From Candidatus Odinarchaeia archaeon (GTDB taxonomy: Archaea > Asgardarchaeota > Odinarchaeia > Odinarchaeales > Odinarchaeaceae), in assembly GCA_029856525.1 (NCBI GenBank), contig JAHQXC010000070.1, forward strand, positions 1 to 6,616: a stretch of 6,616 nucleotides of DNA. The letters are read 5' to 3'. Under the pieces are notes generated by a model. It was not told the origin of the DNA. It searched no databases and saw only the letters and a program-made list of their open reading frames with translations. This document shows, piece by piece, positions 1 to 5,534 of the stretch. Within the stretch, counting starts at the first letter, position 1. Each line of letters begins with the position of its first letter. A program made the translations under genes and the position numbers.

Positions 1-301
1 TTTTTCCCTCCTTTTGTTTAATTTTTATTAGCCAACTAACATAGCCGAAAACTTCGAGTATTGTATCAGTATCATAATTAGTTAGATTTAATGATTTGGA
101 TTCAAACAACCTAGATATTTTCTCATAAAGCGAATCTGAATTAAGCTTTGCTATTTTTTCTGCTAGTGTCCTAGCATCGTCTAAATTATGAGTTGAAAGA
201 TATGCAACCCATTTTCTCCACTCGTTAAAATTTAAGTCTTTAACTTCTTCAAATATCTTCTCCGCTAAATCTATTTTCTCATCTACCGATAATTTTTTCA
301 T
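1..301 (-). CDS. Small helical protein of at least 100 aa, possibly a second Cas11-like small subunit; 3' end beyond the left edge; absent from the ORF track
   Basis: ATG at 301-299 overlaps the Cas7-d stop TGA (300-298) as ATGA. There are 100 open codons to the edge: MKKLSVDEKIDLAEKIFEEVKDLNFNEWRKWVAYLSTHNLDDARTLAEKIAKLNSDSLYEKISRLFESKSLNLTNYDTDTILEVFGYVSWLIKIKQKEGK. The coding call is well supported; the Cas11-like identity is tentative. Confidence 0.75.
   Translation of the reverse strand, partial: MKKLSVDEKIDLAEKIFEEVKDLNFNEWRKWVAYLSTHNLDDARTLAEKIAKLNSDSLYEKISRLFESKSLNLTNYDTDTILEVFGYVSWLIKIKQKEGK
6..13 (-). promoter_or_regulatory. Shine-Dalgarno site AAGGAGGG for a gene starting just outside the left edge
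   Basis: The minus strand ends ...CAAAAGGAGGGAAAAA. Other genes in this operon also carry the next gene's SD in their last codons. Confidence 0.6.
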
Positions 302-1230
302 ATAGACACGCTCACGAAGGACGTCTTAGCCCCTTTTTTGAATTCTTCAAATAGTTGTCGGTCTAAAAGTTTTGTATTATTCATGATTTTTAGAATCCAA
401 CTGGATGTATTTTCAGGGGGTGATTCGAATTCTAATGGTATACTTATATTATTTTTATCTGTTTTTAATAAGGCTACTTCTATAGGTTCAATTTTAACAA
501 TTCCAAAGCATCTAGGCTTCGCTCCACCTATTTTTATTCGATAATCTTGATTCACTCCCATTGAATATAGAATTAAAGATAGTTCTTCTTCTAGCATGTT
601 TTGAAATGAAAGTCTACTTTTGAATACTGACTGTTTTTTTACAGCTTCTAAAACTATGTAATTAGTTGAAATCTGTTGATTAACAAAATTTATATTTTTG
701 TAGAATTTCCTCTTAGATGTTCGATCACCCCTAGGACTGTAAAGCTCTTTTATTCTAACATAATCTGTAAATTCTACTTTATTATTTAGTTTAAGTCTAG
801 CATCGGAGAAGTTTATTCTACCAGCTACTCTTGTTGTGCCGAAAATTCTGCAAGCTGGGCATATTCGTGCACCTGAACATCTTCCAAGCTGGGTCCATGA
901 TCTCTCCTTATATTTTGTAACTGAGACACAGGAGTCTGATATGGCTTCTGCAACGGATCTTACCGCTCCTTTTATACTGGACCCTGGAATTATAAACTCG
1001 CCTTGACTTTTAAAATAACTGTTATAAACTTCTGAGTTATTATAATCGTTAAGCCCTGAGCCTATAAACAGATACTCTGATTCAACTATTATGTTGAGGT
1101 CGATGTATCCGGTTAACTTTTGGAACTTATCGTGAGTTATATAGCTATTTCTACTGCTTTCTATTTTATCTTTCGACGCTAAATCAACATAAAAATAAGG
1201 CTCCGATCTGTTTATAGTATTTCTACGCAT
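298..1230 (-). CDS. Terminal Cas7-group RAMP (Cas7-d; TIGR03986-like, compact), 310 aa
   Basis: N-terminal PYFYV...THDKF...TGYI, LFIGSG, IIPGSSIKGAVRSVAEAISDSC, CPACRIFG, AGRINFSDA, LYSPR...RKFY, and loop IGGAKPRCFG. This is the RAMP class that follows csx19 in III-D loci. Confidence 0.85.
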   Translation of the reverse strand: MRRNTINRSEPYFYVDLASKDKIESSRNSYITHDKFQKLTGYIDLNIIVESEYLFIGSGLNDYNNSEVYNSYFKSQGEFIIPGSSIKGAVRSVAEAISDSCVSVTKYKERSWTQLGRCSGARICPACRIFGTTRVAGRINFSDARLKLNNKVEFTDYVRIKELYSPRGDRTSKRKFYKNINFVNQQISTNYIVLEAVKKQSVFKSRLSFQNMLEEELSLILYSMGVNQDYRIKIGGAKPRCFGIVKIEPIEVALLKTDKNNISIPLEFESPPENTSSWILKIMNNTKLLDRQLFEEFKKGAKTSFVSVSI

Positions 1231-1642
1231 CTAAATCAACCCTTAAACTTGTGAAAGTTGCCTCTCCGTTTTTATAAAATTCTAGTAACTTTATTTTGGT
1301 ATCTATATTAGGAGACTCTTTTTCAAAATGGAAGCCGAGGGGGCTTCCTAGAGGCTTAGTTGACCATTCGTTTTCTGTTGATTTAAGATAATTACATGTA
1401 ACAGATTCATCGGCTAATAGAAGCACGCTATAATTTTTAGCGTCTTTTTTAAACCATCTTAACTCCATGTTTTTAGAAAAAATGAATCCGTTGTCTGCTA
1501 TATTAACTGGAAGGCCTTTATTAATTTGGTAACTGTCTAATTCATATAGTACATGTATAGTATTCTGTTCTTTAAACAGTTGTTCTAAAATGTTTTTTAA
1601 ATTATTGTAGTCTAATATGCCTGTATAAACGTAGCTGTTCAT
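1223..1642 (-). CDS. csx19: Csx19-like type III-D subunit, 139 aa
   Basis: Motif GFIFSKNMELRW (G-x-x-F-x4-E-L-R-W) and C-terminal EFYKNG...FTSLR resemble Csx19. It sits in the canonical position immediately before the terminal Cas7. SD GAGGTG at 1651-1656. Confidence 0.75.
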   Translation of the reverse strand: MNSYVYTGILDYNNLKNILEQLFKEQNTIHVLYELDSYQINKGLPVNIADNGFIFSKNMELRWFKKDAKNYSVLLLADESVTCNYLKSTENEWSTKPLGSPLGFHFEKESPNIDTKIKLLEFYKNGEATFTSLRVDLDA

Positions 1643-2544
1643 CGGCTAAGCACCTCTTTAAGCTTTCGTATACTTGCTTCAGATATTTTATCCCATGAGG
1701 TTCCATCATATTTCCTATGGCGGAAAATATTTTCCTCACTTTCATAGTAAGATATATTTTGAAGATCTAGTATATCGTTTTCTATGAATCCATAGTTCTT
1801 AGCTTCATCTGCTGCTAGTTTTCCGACCCCTAAGATTACGCTTTTAGGAATCTGAATATTTGAAGGATAAGTGAAATTAACTTCTCCTATTTCTACTAAA
1901 ACACTGCCGAATCCTCTGTTTTTACCGTATCCTAATTTCACAAGCTCATTGTTTAATCCGTTAATTGTTAATGATAAAAGACCTATTTGCCAAGATTCAA
2001 AGTTGGTTAAGCTGATTTGCGTTTCAAAAGAGCCTTTGACAACTGTCTCTATATCGAATGGTCCAGAAGCCACGCTCTGTGATAGTCGACTTATAGAAAC
2101 CGAGTATCTCGTTTCTAAACCGTTTCCGTTTTTTAAATCATACTCAGGGTAGGCGTCATTGAAAACTATGCGGCTTTTTAACTTTCCGTTTCCGAATAAT
2201 TTACACACTCTACACGAGTTTCGATAAATATCTGGACTAGAAGAAATTTTATTTTCTTCTAATCTTTTAGTGCAGGATGAGTTTTTCTCAATTATATTGC
2301 AGGAACCGTCAGGTGGCTCGCCCTTCAAGGTTCTAAGTATTTTTTCACTGTAACTTCTGAATACCCCTTTCAGAGATGAGCCTGGAATATATAGTATTTC
2401 ACCTTTCACATAATGTGTGGTTCTAACAAATTGCATTTCTGGTAAAGATGGATTGGCAGAGGCGACGCCTGCTTTTATTAATAAAGGTGATCTCGGCTTA
2501 ATTTTTAATTTTAATGTTAACATGTTAAATATATTTTTATGCAT
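1639..2544 (-). CDS. csm3: Cas7/Csm3-group RAMP (Cas7-c), about 301 aa
   Basis: SPLLIKAG...LPEMQFVRT, LYIPGSSLKGVFRS, four-Cys cluster ending CRVCKLFG, ETRYSVSISRLSQSV, GPFDIE, and loop LGYGKNRGFG. Start revised to ATG 2544, because the track's GTG 2553 lies within SD AGGTG 2551-2555. Confidence 0.9.
   Translation of the reverse strand: MHKNIFNMLTLKLKIKPRSPLLIKAGVASANPSLPEMQFVRTTHYVKGEILYIPGSSLKGVFRSYSEKILRTLKGEPPDGSCNIIEKNSSCTKRLEENKISSSPDIYRNSCRVCKLFGNGKLKSRIVFNDAYPEYDLKNGNGLETRYSVSISRLSQSVASGPFDIETVVKGSFETQISLTNFESWQIGLLSLTINGLNNELVKLGYGKNRGFGSVLVEIGEVNFTYPSNIQIPKSVILGVGKLAADEAKNYGFIENDILDLQNISYYESEENIFRHRKYDGTSWDKISEASIRKLKEVLSR
1651..1656 (-). promoter_or_regulatory. Shine-Dalgarno site GAGGTG (csx19)
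   Basis: 8 nt upstream of ATG 1642. Confidence 0.7.
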
Positions 2545-3343
2545 TAACACCACCTTTTAGAAGTGAGGTTAACTCGTTAATTAGGTTACTCTGGTCTACA
2601 AGCTCTTTTTTACCTGTTAAAATATAATCTAATAGTTTAGTGCCTTCAACTTTCTCAATTTTAAGATTTCTAATATTAACTCTTCCAAGTCCAGTTGATG
2701 ACCTGCCTCCTAAAGAAAAATCACCTTTATCTAAAAACTTTAGAACTAAAATGATGAAAGCCACCTCCCAGGTTTCAACGTTTTCCATAAATACTTCTAG
2801 TTTAAAGCTGACACCTGGTGGTATAACTTCGTAATCGAATTTAGCTTTCTCTTTAGCTGTTCCTGTATCTCTGTCTATAGCGACACCGTCTCTTATTTCG
2901 GTTTTAACCCGATTGTACTGCTCGGATAAATATGCATCCATGAAGTATATTCTAGATGCGAGTAAACTGGAGCCGAATAGTGAACACGCAGTGCAATCTT
3001 TTTCAAAAATCAATTTAGTGATTTCACGTTCATCTTTAGATTGAATTTCTAAATCTGATAGACAATTTTCCTTGTCGCTTAGGAAATTACAAGCTCTCAG
3101 ATATTTATTTTCTATTTTAATTTTGTTAGCTGCTAATGTATTTAAAATTCTCTCAAAATTCGCTCTTATAACGCCTTTTAGAGTTGAACCTGGTATATAT
3201 GGGATTCCTGAAAATGTTTTAAGTACAGGCATATCTGTGCTGGATGGTTCAATAGATGAACCCGCCCCTACACGTAAAGGAGTTAATGTTACAATTTCAC
3301 CTGTTATATAATAGCGGTTTTTAAACATAGTGAAATCGTTCAT
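2537..3343 (-). CDS. csm3: Cas7/Csm3-group RAMP (Cas7-b; SSO1426/TIGR02581-like), about 268 aa
   Basis: FKNRYYITGEIVTLTPLRVGAG...STDMPVLK, PYIPGSTLKGVIR, four-Cys cluster ending CTACSLFGS, IRDGVAIDRDTGTA, KFDYEV, and loop LGGRSSTGLG. The putative catalytic Asp is at 3233-3235. Start revised to ATG 3343, because the track's GTG 3352 lies within SD AGGTG 3350-3354. Confidence 0.93.
   Translation of the reverse strand: MNDFTMFKNRYYITGEIVTLTPLRVGAGSSIEPSSTDMPVLKTFSGIPYIPGSTLKGVIRANFERILNTLAANKIKIENKYLRACNFLSDKENCLSDLEIQSKDEREITKLIFEKDCTACSLFGSSLLASRIYFMDAYLSEQYNRVKTEIRDGVAIDRDTGTAKEKAKFDYEVIPPGVSFKLEVFMENVETWEVAFIILVLKFLDKGDFSLGGRSSTGLGRVNIRNLKIEKVEGTKLLDYILTGKKELVDQSNLINELTSLLKGGVNA
2551..2555 (-). 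promoter_or_regulatory. Shine-Dalgarno site AGGTG (Cas7-c)
   Basis: 6 nt upstream of ATG 2544. Confidence 0.65.
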
Positions 3344-3349
3344 TCTTAA

Positions 3350-3354
3350 CACCT
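3350..3354 (-). promoter_or_regulatory. Shine-Dalgarno site AGGTG (Cas7-b)
   Basis: 6 nt upstream of ATG 3343. Confidence 0.65.
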
Positions 3355-3355
3355 T

Positions 3356-3745
3356 TTACGAATCTTTCGCTTCGTTTATTTTAAACCATCTTTTTAAATA
3401 TCCTAGAAATAACTGAATTAAATAGAATAAAACATCTTGATATTCTTCGCTTCCCTTAGACGTTATTTCCTCGGCTATTTTAGTTAGATCTTCGTTTATG
3501 TACTTTACTAATTTTGGTGCAACATTTGGTAAATAGCCTCTCGCAGCCTGGTAGCGGATAAAGAGTGTAAGCGCTTTTAAAGATCGAAGAGACGCTGCCG
3601 CGTTAATTATATTTTGGATCTGGCTTGGAGTAGTTTTCTGAATTTCACTATCGCCACTACGGTCACCCTCAACCAGTTTCCGAGCTTCTTCTACTAGCTC
3701 GTCGATTCTCTTATCTATTTTTTCTTTCAAAACACTATTAATCAT
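3356..3745 (-). CDS. csm2: Cas11/Csm2-type small subunit, 129 aa
   Basis: Small, apparently all-helical protein with TPSQIQNI, LFIRYQAARG and C-terminal LFLGYLKR motifs, as in III-D small subunits. ATGA overlap with csx10; SD GAGGTGA at 3753-3759. Confidence 0.82.
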   Translation of the reverse strand: MINSVLKEKIDKRIDELVEEARKLVEGDRSGDSEIQKTTPSQIQNIINAAASLRSLKALTLFIRYQAARGYLPNVAPKLVKYINEDLTKIAEEITSKGSEEYQDVLFYLIQLFLGYLKRWFKINEAKDS

Positions 3746-4899
3746 ATAGGATTCACCTCTCTATGGAATGGCATGCATATTTTAACTTCGCCGTAACCTT
3801 CACCTCTTCTCCTTCCTATACCATCTAATTCCAGTTTTTCTAATAACGGTATTAATTCACCTAAGTTTTTAGATGTTTTATAAACGTATACTGATCCGGC
3901 GGCTGCACCGTAAGTTGTCGGCTTGAAATAGTTATAGGCTGTCGACCATCCGCTTATAAAAACCGGTTGAGCTAAAAATAATATCTGTTTAAGAGACTCT
4001 GACTTAAAATCTAGTTTTAAGTTTAATGTTGGCATGTTATTATCGTCTAAAATGGAGGGTGAAAGCAGATCGATGGTGAAGTATTCGTCTTCAGGTTCTT
4101 TAGGTAGATTGCTCTTATCTAAGGCGATAGAGAGTAATTCAGCCCAAACTTTTCTAAGGGTTTCATTAAAGAGTTTTATTCTCTCATCAAGAGATTCGAA
4201 TACAGGAGGTTTTATTATTTGAGCTTCAACTCTTCCATATCCCCTCGTAGTGTGAGAGCCGACGCCTACTGTGTTTAAAGCCTCTTCAATTTTCTCCGCA
4301 ACAGGTTCTTCAGAGTATACTGATCCTATGAAAAATAATTTTTCAGGTTTTAAAGCTGTAATAGAGTAGATTAAACCTTTTTCAGATGTTTTAGTTAAAC
4401 GATTTAACGCGATTTTGGTTTGAGAAAATTTCTCTGTTTTAACTTTTTTATAATAATCTCCTTTCATATAGAAACCTGTGATTCCATCCATTCTACTTCC
4501 GCAATTATCACATTTAAAGTTTAAATCTACAGGGAATTCTGCTCCAAGCAGTTTAAGTTCTTTTAAAGCTATAATAGGTATTAACTGACTGAATACACCG
4601 TGACATTCTTCGCCGTCGGATTTAAAACCGGGATTATTTTTACATGTGAGAGAGGTTAACGGAAACGGGTAGGACGGGGTTTCTGGGGAGTTGGATGGAT
4701 AGAAGAAGCTGAAATAAGAGTTTTCGACAAGTTTTTTAATAGAAGATTCTTTCCCGAGTCTCTTCATATATTCCGCTAATGCGCCGCGGATAACGCTCCC
4801 GGATATATAGTCGACTGTGGAGAGGAATTGAGAGTTAGGTTTCACCGATCCTAATCTTATAGGGGTTACAGGCTTTATTAACAGGTATTCTAAGTTCAT
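3742..4899 (-). CDS. csx10: Csx10 (Cas5-group RAMP of type III-D), 385 aa
   Basis: N-terminal TPIRLGS...DYISGSVIRGALA, a Cys/His insert (TCKNNPGF...CHGVF...CDNC), TKIALNRLTKTSEKGLIYS, and two Gly-rich loops (GVGSHTTRGYG; GIGRRRGEGYG). Its position between the first Cas7 and Cas11 is typical of III-D. Confidence 0.85.
   Translation of the reverse strand: MNLEYLLIKPVTPIRLGSVKPNSQFLSTVDYISGSVIRGALAEYMKRLGKESSIKKLVENSYFSFFYPSNSPETPSYPFPLTSLTCKNNPGFKSDGEECHGVFSQLIPIIALKELKLLGAEFPVDLNFKCDNCGSRMDGITGFYMKGDYYKKVKTEKFSQTKIALNRLTKTSEKGLIYSITALKPEKLFFIGSVYSEEPVAEKIEEALNTVGVGSHTTRGYGRVEAQIIKPPVFESLDERIKLFNETLRKVWAELLSIALDKSNLPKEPEDEYFTIDLLSPSILDDNNMPTLNLKLDFKSESLKQILFLAQPVFISGWSTAYNYFKPTTYGAAAGSVYVYKTSKNLGELIPLLEKLELDGIGRRRGEGYGEVKICMPFHREVNPI
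3753..3759 (-). promoter_or_regulatory. Shine-Dalgarno site GAGGTGA (cas11)
   Basis: 7 nt upstream of ATG 3745. Confidence 0.7.
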
Positions 4900-5534
4900 G
4901 ACTTAAGAACCTCTCTAATTTTATTATTCACTACTTCGCTATTTAAGGGAGTGTCGTCTATTAATGGCTCATATTTTTTAAAATTAATCCAACCCATACC
5001 CCTTGACAGACCGGCTCCTATTCCACAAGCAGATGCTGAGCCTATATATAATAGGGCTGAAGCTGTTATACAATCATCTTTATCGTTGAATAGTCCGGTT
5101 ACAGCTGTTTTTAGTAAGCTACCGGAAACTACTTGGGCCGTAAATAAGTGGTCTTCCAGCACCGTTTTCCTAAACCTGCTTATAGTAGTACTGGTTTTAA
5201 TAGAATTATAAGCGTTTAAGATTTCCACGTCGTTGAATATTAGTGGAGACTTGATAGTAGGCGATCCGAAAAATCTACATACTATACACGCATTAGCGGT
5301 TTCACTACACATGGCATCTGGTTTAGGAGCATCACATACGCGAATATTTTTCGCCTTTAAAATTGACTCAACATGCCTGCGTATAAGTCCTTTAAAAGAG
5401 GTGGCTGGAATAACAGGCTTACCGCTAACAGGATCCAAGTAAACAGCTTTATCGACTCCAAACTTTACTATATCCCCTCCAGAGTGCAGTGCAGATTTTA
5501 ATTCGAAGATGAAATTAACTGTTAACTTATACAT
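4896..5534 (-). CDS. csm3: Cas7/Csm3-group RAMP (Cas7-a), about 212 aa
   Basis: RAMP motifs SALHSGG...GVDK, PVIPATSFKGLIR, Cys cluster C-x8-C-x6-C-x2-C then RFFG, and Gly-rich loop GIGAGLSRGMG. The ATG at 5534 is preferred over the track's GTG at 5546 because that GTG lies inside the SD-like AGGTGA (5543-5548), 8 nt upstream of the ATG. Confidence 0.9.
   Translation of the reverse strand: MYKLTVNFIFELKSALHSGGDIVKFGVDKAVYLDPVSGKPVIPATSFKGLIRRHVESILKAKNIRVCDAPKPDAMCSETANACIVCRFFGSPTIKSPLIFNDVEILNAYNSIKTSTTISRFRKTVLEDHLFTAQVVSGSLLKTAVTGLFNDKDDCITASALLYIGSASACGIGAGLSRGMGWINFKKYEPLIDDTPLNSEVVNNKIREVLKS

Noticed and set aside
1-30. T-rich tract at the left edge as a terminator
   Set aside because: It is T-rich only on the plus strand. 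On the coding strand it is Lys-rich codons plus an SD, and there is no preceding stem.
4896-5534. Minor motif deviations in Cas7-a (IPATS instead of IPGSS; GLSRG loop)
   Set aside because: These are within the variation expected for the first Cas7 of III-D loci. The loop Asp, Cys cluster and Gly-rich loop are retained, so there is no sign of pseudogenisation.
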